A stretch of DNA of 64,000 bases, taken from NCBI GenBank assembly GCA_963773175.1, contig CAVZAC010000006.1:2999-66998 (forward strand), read 5' to 3'. The notes under the pieces are model-generated. The model saw only the letters and a list, made by a program, of their open reading frames with translations. It was not told the DNA's origin and did not search any database. A program made the translations under genes and the position numbers. This document shows positions 19,860 to 28,696 of this stretch, one piece after another. The stretch comes from an uncultured Actinomycetes bacterium. Lineage in GTDB: Bacteria > Actinomycetota > Thermoleophilia > Gaiellales > Gaiellaceae. Each line of letters opens with the position of its first letter. Position 1 is the first letter of the stretch.

Positions 19860-20243
19860 CTGCGGGCGCGCGGCCGCCCTCGCGGCCCTCGCGCTGCTGG
19901 CCGCCGGGTGCCAGGACGCGCGGCAGCGGCGCGCCGAGCACGCGGTCGAGGCGTACCTTCGCGGGAACGGCGCGGCCGGTTACGAGCTCGAGCGCACGCA
20001 CTGCTCGCGCGTCGCACGGATGGTCGCTCAGCAGCTCCAGACGAGCGTCTTCATCTGCACGGTCGCCGACGACCGCGTGCGCTGCGACGAGTTCCGGGCC
20101 ACGGTCGAGGAGCCGGCCGGTTCACGGTCGTCCGCGGCGCGGCGCGGGATCGACTGCATCCTCCGCTCGCCGCTGCAGCTCAGAAGTCACTGCAGTTCTC
20201 GGCACGAACGGCGGCCGCCGGCGGCGGCGCTATCCTCGCCCCG
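19860..20243 (+). CDS. possible small lipoprotein (start and stop not definable as sequenced)
   Basis: Frame 1 reads [81 protein letters not shown]. It has a lipobox LAAGC and high GC3. There is no ATG/GTG/TTG before 20020, and no stop in any forward frame until 20353. Confidence 0.25.
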
Positions 20244-20896
20244 GTGCGCACTCCACCGGGACAGCGGCTCCTCCGCTTCGACCGCGCGCTCGGCGCGCGC
20301 TTCGTGGCCGGCGCCGACGAGGCGGGGCGGGGCTCGCTCGCAGGCCCGCTGGTGACGGCCGGCGTGCTGCTCGACTACGAGCGGCTGCGCGACCACCGCG
20401 TCCGGCCGCTGGCCGAGCTCAACGACTCGAAGCAGGTGACGCCCGAGCGGCGCGAGCGGCTCTTCGAGGCCGTCGTCGCGTGCGCCGAGCAGATCGTCGT
20501 GCGCGTGATCCCGGCGTCGGACATCGATCGCAACGGCCTGCACCGCTCGAACCTCGCGGGCCTGCGGTCCGCCCTGGCCGCGCTGTACCCGCCCGCGGAG
20601 ATCTGCCTCGTCGACGGCTTCCGGCTCGGCCCCACCGCGCCGCCGCACCGGGCGGTCGTCGACGGCGACACGAAGAGCGCCGCCATCGCGGCCGCCTCGA
20701 TCGTGGCGAAGGTCGTCCGCGACCGGGCGATGAGGCGGATGGACGCGCTCTACCCGCAGTACGGCTTCGCGCGCCACGTCGGCTACATCACGCCCGGCCA
20801 CTCGGCGGTCGTCCGGGCGCGGGGCCCGTGCGAGATCCACCGGCGCTCGTTCCAGGCGCTCTGCTACGGCGCGAGCGCGAGCTCGCAACCGCGTAG
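20244..20896 (+). CDS. rnhB: ribonuclease HII (3' end unresolved)
   Basis: GTG 20244. Contains [52 protein letters not shown] and HRRSF (part of ORF 19908..21392). There is no in-frame stop before the yraN-like sequence. TAG 20894-20896 lies in the -1 frame. Confidence 0.75.
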
Positions 20897-20897
20897 C

Positions 20898-21234
20898 ACC
20901 ACCGCAGCGGGGCGGGCCGCCGAGGCCCGGGTGCGGCTGTTCTATCGCCTGCGCGGCTACCGGATCCTGGGCGCGAACGTGCGAGCCGGCGGGGTCGAGC
21001 TCGACCTGATCGTCCGCCGCGGCGACCGGCTCGCGGTTCTGCGAGGTGAAGGCCAAGGGCGGCGAGGCGTTCGGCGACCCGCTGGAGATGGTCGGCCCGG
21101 CGAAGGTCGCACGGCTCAGGCGCGGCGCGGAGGCGTGGCTCGCGGCGCACCCGGAGGCGGCGGAGCTGGAGGTCGGCTTCGACGTGGTCGCGGTGCGGGG
21201 GAGGCGGGTCGAGCGGGTGGCGGACGCGTTCTGA
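20898..21234 (+). CDS. yraN: YraN-family (UPF0102) endonuclease-like protein; start unresolved, one frame break
   Basis: GRAAEARVRLFYRLRGYRILGANVRAGGVELDLIVRRGDRLA is in frame 3. (F)CEVKAKGGEAFGDPLEMVGPAKVARLRR...VERVADAF* is in frame 1 (ORF 21046..21234). The +1 step is at ~21038 (ctc gcg [g]tt c...). Confidence 0.65.
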
Positions 21235-21245
21235 TCCCGACCGGC

Positions 21246-22639
21246 CTAACGCACCGTGGCCGCGAACCGTTTGGTTGCGGTTCCGCTCGGGGTTGGTGGC
21301 CGACACCGACCCGACGAGCGTCGGGATCTGCCAGGGCTTGCCGCGGGCGGTCTTCGGGATCTGCCAGACGCAGCGGGCGCTGCTGGCGCTGAACCCGTGC
21401 GTGGTCGGCGGGAGCTTGCGGCCGGCGAGCGTGGCGGTGCAGGCGACCTTCGCGCCGACGACCGTGCTGCCGCCGGCCAGGACCGGCATCGCTCGCGGTC
21501 AGCTGCTTGCCCGCCCGCGCCGGCCAGGGCTGGAGCACGAGCTTCCCAGCCTGCGGCGCCCACGCCCGGCCGACGCTGACCAGCGTCGGTCGTGCCCGCC
21601 ACGCGGTCGCGCACGAACACGTCTTCGCAGTTGTAGTTCTCCTGCCCGTCGAAGCACCTGTTCGTGTCGCCGGCGACCAGGTTCGACGCGGCCGAGTCGA
21701 AGGCGACGAAGCGGCCGTCCGCGCTGATCGCCGCAGCGTCGACTGTCGCAGTCTCGCCTGGGCGCCGGTGCTGCTCACGCTCACCCGCTCGGTCGTGCCC
21801 GCCACCCGGTCACGCACGAACACGTCGCTCGACCTGCTGTGTTCGTGTCGCCGGCGACCAGGTTCGACGCGTCCGAGCAGAAGGCGACGAAGCGCCCGTC
21901 CGCGCTGATCGCCACGCAATCGCTGGCGCTGTTCGCCTGGGCGCCGCCGCTGCTCACGCTCACCCGCTCGGTCGTGCCCGCCACCCGGTCGCGCACGAAC
22001 ACGTCGTCACCGCGTTGTTCGTGTCGCCGGCGACCAGGTTCGACGCGCCCGAGTCGAAGGCGACGAAGCGCCCGTCCGCGCTGATCGCAGGCACACTTCG
22101 CTGCGCGTTCGTTCGCCTGGGCGCCGCTGCTGCTCACGCTCACCCGCTCGGTCGTGCCCGGCCACCCGGTCACGCACGAACACGTCCGGCATCGCTCTCG
22201 TTCGTGTCGCCGGCGACCGAGGTTCGGACGCCGGCTCGCGACAGTCGAAGGCGACGAAGCGCCCGTCCGCGCTGATCGCTGCACTGGCTGCCGTCTGCCG
22301 CCCGTTCGCCTGGGCGCCGCTGCTGCTCACGCTCACCCGCTCGGTCGTGCCCGCCACCCGGTCGCGCACGAACACGTCGCCGTTGCGGTTCGTGTCGCCG
22401 GCGACCAGGTTCGACGCGTCCGAGGTGAAGGCGACGAAGCGCCCGTCCGCGCTGATCGCCGCACCGGCGCTGTCACCGTTCGCGGGCGCGGGGCCGCCAC
22501 TCGCGCTCACCTGCGTGCCGCTTCCGCACGCTGCCAGCGAGAGCGCGACCACCGCCAGCACCGACACCGCTAATACCGCCAACAGCGGCCGCCGCCAGCG
22601 CGCCTGCCGGCTTCTCGAGAAACCGCCGCTGCCGCTCAT
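21246..22639 (-). CDS. PD40/TolB-like beta-propeller repeat lipoprotein; many frame breaks (at least 8)
   Basis: ATG 22639 has GGAGGG 6 nt upstream. Signal peptide plus lipobox MSGSGGFSRSRQARWRRPLLAVLAVSVLAVVALSLAAC. Then repeated ISADGRFVAF.S.ASNLVAGDTN...DVFVRDRVAGTTERVSVSS.GAQAN units spread over all three reverse frames. The C-terminal part reads ...CTATLAGRKLPPTTHGFSASSARCVWQIPKTARGKPW...TKRFAATVR*. Confidence 0.65.
21590..22470 (-). repeat. five tandem ~176-188 bp coding repeats (one PD40 unit each)
   Basis: The near-identical block ttcgtgtcgccggcgacc(a)ggttcgacgcg starts at 21661, 21842, 22018, 22201 and 22389. The block gctcacgctcacccgctcggtcgtgcccgccacccggtc.cgcacgaacacgtc recurs near 21771, 21949, 22129 and 22321, with a partial copy at ~21590. 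Confidence 0.85.
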
Positions 22640-22846
22640 GACCATCCCTCCGATCCGGGGGAGTCTTCGCATCCGGCCGCGTGCGGCGGCTCTCACACAC
22701 GACGCGTTGCGGCCAGCGGCCGACCAGGTGCCACGACTGTACGGCGCCCCACAACCGCTGCCATCGGTAGTCGGCCCGCTCTCTGCTCCGTAGTTCCATG
22801 CAGCGCCGCGTCGCTGCACGACCCAGAGCCAGGAGTCCACCGCACG

Positions 22847-23980
22847 GTGTCGTATGCGGAAGTCGTGGCCCCGACGCAGGAAGCGCTCTACGCGGACATC
22901 GACCTCGAGCTCTCGTGGTCGGAGCGCGACCTCCCCGAGCGTGTGCGGACGAAGCACGTCCACCGCCTCCACCCGTACCTCGGCAAGTTCATCCCGCAGC
23001 TCGTCGAGATCCTGCTTGCGCCGCTACGTCGCGCCCGGCGGCCGCGTGCTCGACCCGTTCGCCGGCTCCGGGCACGACGCTCGTCCAGGCGCTCGAGTCC
23101 GGCTACGACGCGGTCGGCGCCGACATCGCCGCGTTCAACTGCCTGCTGATGCGGGTCAAGACCGGCGAGTACAACCCGTTCACGCTGGAGCGCGAGCTGC
23201 GCGACGCGCTCGTCCGCGAGGGCGTCCCGGACGAGCCGTCCGCGTACGTGCGCGCCTGGTACGCGCCGCAGGCGGCCGAGGAGCTGCTCGCGTTCCGCTC
23301 GCTCGTCGGCGAGCTACGAGCACGCCGACGTGCTGCGCGATCGTGCTCGCCCGCGCGGCCCGCTCGGCGCGGCGCACGACGCACTTCGACCTCGACTTCC
23401 CGCGGCGCGCCGCAACTCGAGCCGTACTGGTGCTACAAGCACAAGCGGGAGTGCCGGCCGGTCGAGCGCGGCGCGCGCACTTCATCGACCGCTACGCGCT
23501 GGACACGCTGGCGCCGGATCCGCGAGTTCGGCCGCGTCCGGAAGCGCGGCGTTCGCGGCGACGGTGCTCCACGGCGACTCGCGCGAGCTCGACGTCGGCG
23601 GCCCGTTCGACGCCGTCGTCACCTCGCCGCCGTATCCGGGGCTGATCGACTACCACGAGCAGCACCGCTACGCCTACGAGCTGCTCGGCCTCGACGACCT
23701 GCGCGAGCTGGAGCTCGGCGCCGCCGAGCGCGGGACGGCTCGGGCGGCGGTCGCCGCGTACTCCGACGGCGATCGCAGCGACGCTGCGCCAACGCGCGGG
23801 AGGCTCTGCGGCCCGGCGCGCCCGTGCTGATCGTCGTCAACGACCGGCGAGAGCTCTACCCGCGAGATCCTCGAGCGCGCGGGGCTGCGCCTGGACGAGC
23901 GCCTGCGCCGCCACGTGAACCGCCGCACCGGCCGCCGGGCGGGCGAGTACTTCGAGGACGTGCTGGTCGCGCGCGCCTAG
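22847..23980 (+). CDS. SAM-dependent nucleic-acid methyltransferase (N6/N4 type, SPPY motif); about 12 frame breaks
   Basis: Reconstructed across frames: MSYAEVVAPTQEALY...HRLHPYLGKFIPQLVEILL / RRYVAPGGRVLDPFAGSG / TTLVQALESGYDAVGADIAAFNCLLMRVKT... / ...FDAVVTSPPYPGLIDYHEQHRYAYELLG... / ...PGAPVLIVVNDRRELYP / EILERAGLRLDERLRRHVNRRTGRRAGEYFEDVLVARA*. Motif I (FAGSGTT) precedes motif IV (SPPY). Stop TAG 23978-23980. Confidence 0.6.
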
Positions 23981-24412
23981 CCCGACCCGATGTAGTCGGT
24001 CAGGAACCTGATCTGGAAGCTCTGCTGCTTCGACTGGAACTTGACCAGATCGCCGATCGAGACCATGCCGACGATGTCGCGGCTCTCCGTGAACACCGGC
24101 ACGTGCCTGATCCGGCGCTCGGTCATGACGGCCATGCACTCCTCGATCGTCGTGTCGGGCGTGACGTAGACGAGCGGCGAGGACATGATCTCGCGCACCG
24201 GCGTCTCCTTCTCGGCGCGGCCCTCGAGCGTGACGCGGCGCAGGTAGTCGCGCTCGGTGACGATGCCGGCGACCTGTCCGTTCTCCGTTACGAGCAGCGA
24301 TCCGACGTTCGACTCGACCATGCGCTTGATCGCGTCGAAGACGGTGGCGGACGCCGTCGATCTGGAGAACCTTGCTGCCCTTCTCCTCCAGGATGTTCGA
24401 TACGTGGGTCAC
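23977..24412 (-). CDS. CBS-pair domain protein; one frame break
   Basis: GTG 24412 with GGAGGAG upstream: VTHVSNILEEKGSKVLQID, then a +1 step (~24352, gac g[g]cg tcc), then ASATVFDAIKRMVESNVGSLLVTENGQVAGIVTERDYLRRV... (ORF 23977..24321). Span is 3n+1. Confidence 0.75.
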
Positions 24413-24564
24413 GGCACTCCTCCGGAATGTGAGCTGACCGCCTAGCCTGCACGAGACCGGCGCGGACGGCAAACGTCTTCTGGGGCCGATGTCCGCTGAA
24501 ACGACACACATCCGGCACGGTCCAGGCACAGACACGTCACATTGACCCGGCTAGCGTCGCGTCT

Positions 24565-26029
24565 GTGCTCGGTCGGACGGTGACGCACGCCCTCGTCGGT
24601 CTGGACGCGCGCCGCGTCGAGGTCGAGGCGCACCTGCAGCGTGGCGTGCCGGCGTTCGCGATCGTCGGGCTGGCCGACCGCGCCTGCCAGGAGGCGAAGG
24701 AGCGGGTGCGCAGCGGGATCGTGTCCGCCGAGCTCGAGTGGCCGGTCACGGCGCATCACGGTCAACCTGGCACCTGCGGCGCTGCGCAAGGAGGGCTCCG
24801 GGTTCGATCTCCCGATCGCGCTGGCGATACTCGCCGCGTCGCGGCAGATTCCGGGCCGCGCGCTGGCGGGGCACGCGGCGTTCGGCGAGCTGGCACTGGA
24901 CGGGCGTGTCCGGCCGGTCGGAGGCGTGCTCGTGGCAGCGGAGGGAGCGCGCCGGGCCGGGTTGGAGCGGCTGCTCTGCGCCGCGGAGTCGTCGCCCGAG
25001 GCGGCGCTCGCGGGCGTCGAGCCGGTGCCGCTCGTGCATCTTGCGGAAGCCGTTGCGTATCTGAGGGGGGAGCGAGACCCGCCGCCGTACGAGCCGGCCG
25101 CGAACGGGAGGCCGCCGCTCCCGCCGCCGCCCGACCTCGCAGACGTCCGCGGACAGGAGCGCGCCCGCCGCGCTCTCGAGATCGCAGCCGCGGGGCGGCA
25201 CAACCTGCTCCTGGCGGGCCCGCCCGGAACCGGCAAGACGATGCTCGCCCGGCGGCTGCCCGGGATTCTGCCGAGGCTCACCGTCGACGAGGCGCTCGAG
25301 GTCACGCGGATCCACTCCGTCGCAGGGCTGCTGGTACCGGGCCGGCCGCTCGTCGAGAGCCCGCCGTTCCGGGCGCCGCACCACACCGCCTCGACGGCTG
25401 CGGTGGTCGGTGGAGGCCACGGCCCGCGCCCGGGCGAGGCGACGCTGGCCCACCGCGGGGTTCTGCTGCTCGACGAGCTTCCGGAGTTCGCGCGACCGAC
25501 GCTGGAGGCGCTCCGCCAACCGCTCGAGGACGGGACGATCGCCGTCGCCCGGGTCGAGGGCAAGGCCGTGTTCCCCGCGCGCTTTCAGCTCGTCGGGACG
25601 ATGAACCTCTGCCCGTGCGGCGGCCGCGGCGACCCCGCGGCGGAGTGCTCGTGCTCGGCGCAGCGGCTCGCGGGGTTTCGCGACAAGCTGTCGCGGGCGC
25701 TGCTCGACCGCTTCGACCTCGTCGTCACCGTGCCGCGGCCGCGCGCGCACGAGCTCGCTGCCGACGCGGGCGAGCCGTCGGCGGTCGTGCAGTCGAGGGT
25801 GACCGCGGCCCGCGAGCTGCTCGCAGCGGGGCAGCCGCCGCGCACGACGGCGGCCGACGAGCTGCTCTCGAAGGCCGTCGAGCGGTTGCCGCTCTCGGGC
25901 CGGGGCCGGGCCCGGGTTGCGCGCTCGGCGGCCACGATCGCGAGCCTCGCCGGTGAGCGGCACGTGGGTGCGGAGCACGTCGGCGAGGCGCTCGCGTACC
26001 GGACGCCGAGGGAGCTGTCGCCGGCATGA
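24565..26029 (+). CDS. comM: Mg-chelatase-like AAA+ protein ComM/YifB; one frame break
   Basis: MLGRTVTHALVGLDARRVEVEAHLQRGVPAFAIVGLADRACQEAKERV is in frame 1. RITVNLAPAALRKEGSGFDLPIALAILAA...LLLAGPPGTGKTMLARRL...GVLLLDELPEF... is in frame 2. The +1 step is at ~24752. Its stop overlaps the dprA ATG (ATGA). Confidence 0.85.
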
Positions 26030-27011
26030 GCGAGCTCTCCGCTGCGGTTCGCGCCGCGGCCGGCCCGGGCGCCCGCGGGGGTGGGCGGGTCGACGAGCGG
26101 GCGCTGCTGGCCGAGCTCCGGCGGCTCGGCCTCCGCTGGCTCCCTCGCTCGCACACGTCGTTCCCCCGGCTCCTGTCGTGCGATCCACGATCCGCCGGCC
26201 GGCCTGTTCGTCCGCGGCGAGGCCGGCTCCGGAGCTGCTCGGCCGACCGGCGGTCGCGATCGTCGGCGCGCGTGCCTGCTCGTCATACGGCCGCCATGTG
26301 GCACGGCTGCTCGGCCGCGAGCTCGCCGGTGCCGGGCTGGTCGTGGTCAGCGGAATGGCGCGCGGCATCGACGGGGAGGCTCATCGCGGCGCTCTCGAAG
26401 CCGGCGGCACGACCGTCGCGGTGCTCGGCTGCGGTATCGAGCGCGACTATCCGGCAGCGCACGCCGAGCTCGCGCGGCGGATCGCGGCGACGGGCCTGAT
26501 CGTCTCGGAGTACCCGCCCGGGATCGAGCCGGCGCCCTGGCGGTTTCCGGCGCGAAACAGGATCATCGCGGGACTGGCGCGTGCGACCGTGGTGGTCGAG
26601 GCACGGGAGCGGAGCGGCGCGTTGATCACCGCCGACTTCGCGCTCGAAGAGGGACGCGAGGTGTTCGCCGTGCCCGGCGAGATCGTCTCGGCGCTGTCGC
26701 GCGGGCCGAACGCGCTGCTCCGGCTCGGGGCGACACCGCTGACCGGCGCCGGCGACGTCTTCGAGGCGCTCGGGATCGAGCCCGCCGTGTCCGAGCCGCC
26801 GTCGCTCGGCGGCGCTGCCACAGCCGTCGTCGACGCGCTGGCGGCGGGTCCGGCCGGCGCTGACGAGCTTGCCCGGACGGTCGGCCTCACCGCCGGAGCG
26901 GTCGCCGCCGCTCTGGCAGAGCTCGAGCTCGCGGGTCTCGCCACGGAGGCCGAAGGCGTGTACCGGGCGGCGTTGGTCGCAGGTACGCAGCGCGAGGACC
27001 GGCCATCTTGA
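26026..27011 (+). CDS. dprA: DNA-processing protein DprA; two frame breaks
   Basis: Frames go 1 -> 2 (~26175) -> 3 (~26228). The core is ...AIHDPPAGLFVRGEA / PELLGRPAVAIVGARACSSYGRHVARLLGRELAGAGLVVVSGMARGIDGEAHRGALEAGGTTVAVLGCGIERDYP...FPARNRIIAGLA. Span is 3n+2. Confidence 0.85.
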
Positions 27012-27044
27012 GTTGCGGACGGCCCGTGGAAGTAGCATCGGCCC

Positions 27045-28173
27045 ATGGGCGAACCGTTCTGGCTCGACGACGCGCCGCCGCCACCTGCCGACCAGCGACT
27101 GCGCGGAACCCCGGACGTCGAGATCGTGGGCGCCGGGATCACCGGCTGCGCGTGCGCGCTCGTGCTGGCCCGCGACGGTCTCCGCGTGCGCGTGCACGAC
27201 GCCCGCCGCGTGGCCGAGGGCGCGAGCGGGAGGAACGGCGGCTTCCTCCTGCGCGGGGGTGCTGCACGCTACGACGTCGCGCGGGAGACGTACGGGGCCG
27301 AGCATGCGCGGGAGCTGTGGCACCGGACCGAGTCCGCGCTCGCCTCGCTGGGCGCTGTCGGCGGGGACAGCCGTGCGACTCGACGGCAGCCTGCGTCTGG
27401 CCGCCGACGAGGAGGAGCTCGGGCAGATCCGCGGCGAGTTCGCCGCGCTGCACGAGGACGGGTTCGAGGCGGAGTGGCTCGACGAGCTCGCCGAGCACCT
27501 CGCGGGGACGTTCCTCGGCGCGATCCACCATCCATGCGACGGAGCGGTGCAGCCGGCTCGGCTCGTTCGCAGGCTCGCGGCGGCCGCGACCGGCGAAGGC
27601 GTCGAGTTCGTGCAGGAGAGCCGCGTTGACGACGCTCGACGCGCTGCAGGCGGCGAACGTCGTGCTTGCCACCGACGGCTACGGGCGCGGCCTCGTCCCC
27701 GAGCTCGACGAGCGGATCTGGCCGGCGCGCGGCCAGGTCCTCGCCACGGAGCCGCTAGCCGAGCGGCTCTTCGACATCCCGCACTATGCACGGCAGGGCT
27801 TCGATTACTGGCACCAGCTCCCGGACGGCCGGCTCGTGGCAGGTGGGTTCCGCGACTTCTCGATCATGTCGGAGCTGACCGACGTCGAGGAGACGACGCC
27901 GATCATCCAGGACGCGCTCGACAGCTTCCTCGTCGATCTTCTCGGCTACGCGCCGCGCGTCACGCACCGCTGGGCGGGCATCTTCGGTCTCACGCAGGAC
28001 TTCCTCCCGCTCGTCGGGCCGGTTCCGGGCCACGCCGGGGCTCTGGGTCGCCGCGGGCTACTCGGGCCACGGCAACGTGCTCGGTTACCTCTGCGGAGAG
28101 CTGGTCGGCCAACGCGATCCTCGGCAGGAGCGATCCGCTGCTCGAGCTGCTCGACCCGGCGCGCCTGTATTGA
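27045..28173 (+). CDS. FAD-dependent oxidoreductase (DAO/glycine-oxidase-like family); four frame breaks
   Basis: N-terminal dinucleotide fold DVEIVGAGITGCACALVLARDG. Later pieces are GAIHHPCDGAVQPARLV, VVLATDGYG, PARGQVLATEPL and LWVAAGYSGHGNVLG. Frames go 3-1-2-3-1 (steps at ~27365, ~27640, ~28040, ~28100). Span is 3n+1. Confidence 0.65.
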
Positions 28174-28234
28174 ATGCTCGGTCTGAGCCATCCCCGGAAG
28201 AGCTTGACGCGCGACTGGTACGCCAAGCTCGGAA

Positions 28235-28615
28235 ATGCTGACCGCTGTACTGAGCGTGGCGGCAGGGTGCGGCTCGACGTCAGGGCACAAGTACTCGATC
28301 GCACACGTCCAAAACGTGTTCGCCTCTGTCGGTGAACCGCTCCAAGTCGACTTTCAACCAAAGGGGATCCCGGGCGGGCCGTCGCCACCGCTCACGGCTG
28401 TGTTGGTCGGGAGCGGCCAAGATGATGCTACGAGGTTTGGTGTGAACATCTTCCCAAGCGCTGGACTGGCGGATCAAGAGGCTGGGCGAGCTCGCCAAGC
28501 GTACGGGGCGACGCACCGGAAGATCATCAACAAAGGGAATGTCATCGTGGACTTTGCAAGGAACCTCGATGCGAAGACCGTTGAGCGAATCAAGGCGGGT
28601 ATAGCCAAGCTCTAG
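28235..28615 (+). CDS. hypothetical lipoprotein in a locally lower-GC patch
   Basis: Intact 126-aa ORF starting MLTAVLSVAAGCGSTSG (lipobox). Its codon usage is atypical for the window (caa, ttt, aaa, ata codons). Confidence 0.5.
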   Translation: MLTAVLSVAAGCGSTSGHKYSIAHVQNVFASVGEPLQVDFQPKGIPGGPSPPLTAVLVGSGQDDATRFGVNIFPSAGLADQEAGRARQAYGATHRKIINKGNVIVDFARNLDAKTVERIKAGIAKL

Positions 28616-28670
28616 CGCTGTAGACCGGGGCCGTCTTGCGCCAGGATTCGCCTTCGCTGGCCCTTTTAGA

Positions 28671-28695
28671 TGTACGGGCCACGGTGGCCCGTACA
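28671..28695. terminator. perfect 12-bp palindrome (hairpin) between convergent genes
   Basis: tgtacgggccac g gtggcccgtaca. It starts 55 nt after the lipoprotein stop and ends 2 nt before the stop of the minus-strand cyclodeaminase gene. A TTTT run lies immediately 5' on the plus strand. Confidence 0.5.
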
Positions 28696-28696
28696 G

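Noticed and set aside
21664-21672. GGTTCGA strings (also near 21860, 22036, 22408) resembling tRNA T-loop sequence.
   Set aside because: They are part of the PD40 coding repeat (…AGDTN… region on the other strand). No cloverleaf context or acceptor stems are present.
21590-22470. A regularly spaced ~180-bp repeat array that might be taken for a CRISPR or other non-coding array.
   Set aside because: The whole unit is repeated with no unique spacers. It translates into PD40 propeller blades within a lipoprotein gene.
21246-24412. The yraN-comM insertion interpreted as a mobile genetic element.
   Set aside because: I found no integrase, transposase, tRNA target, or terminal inverted or direct repeats. 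It is kept only as a synteny observation.
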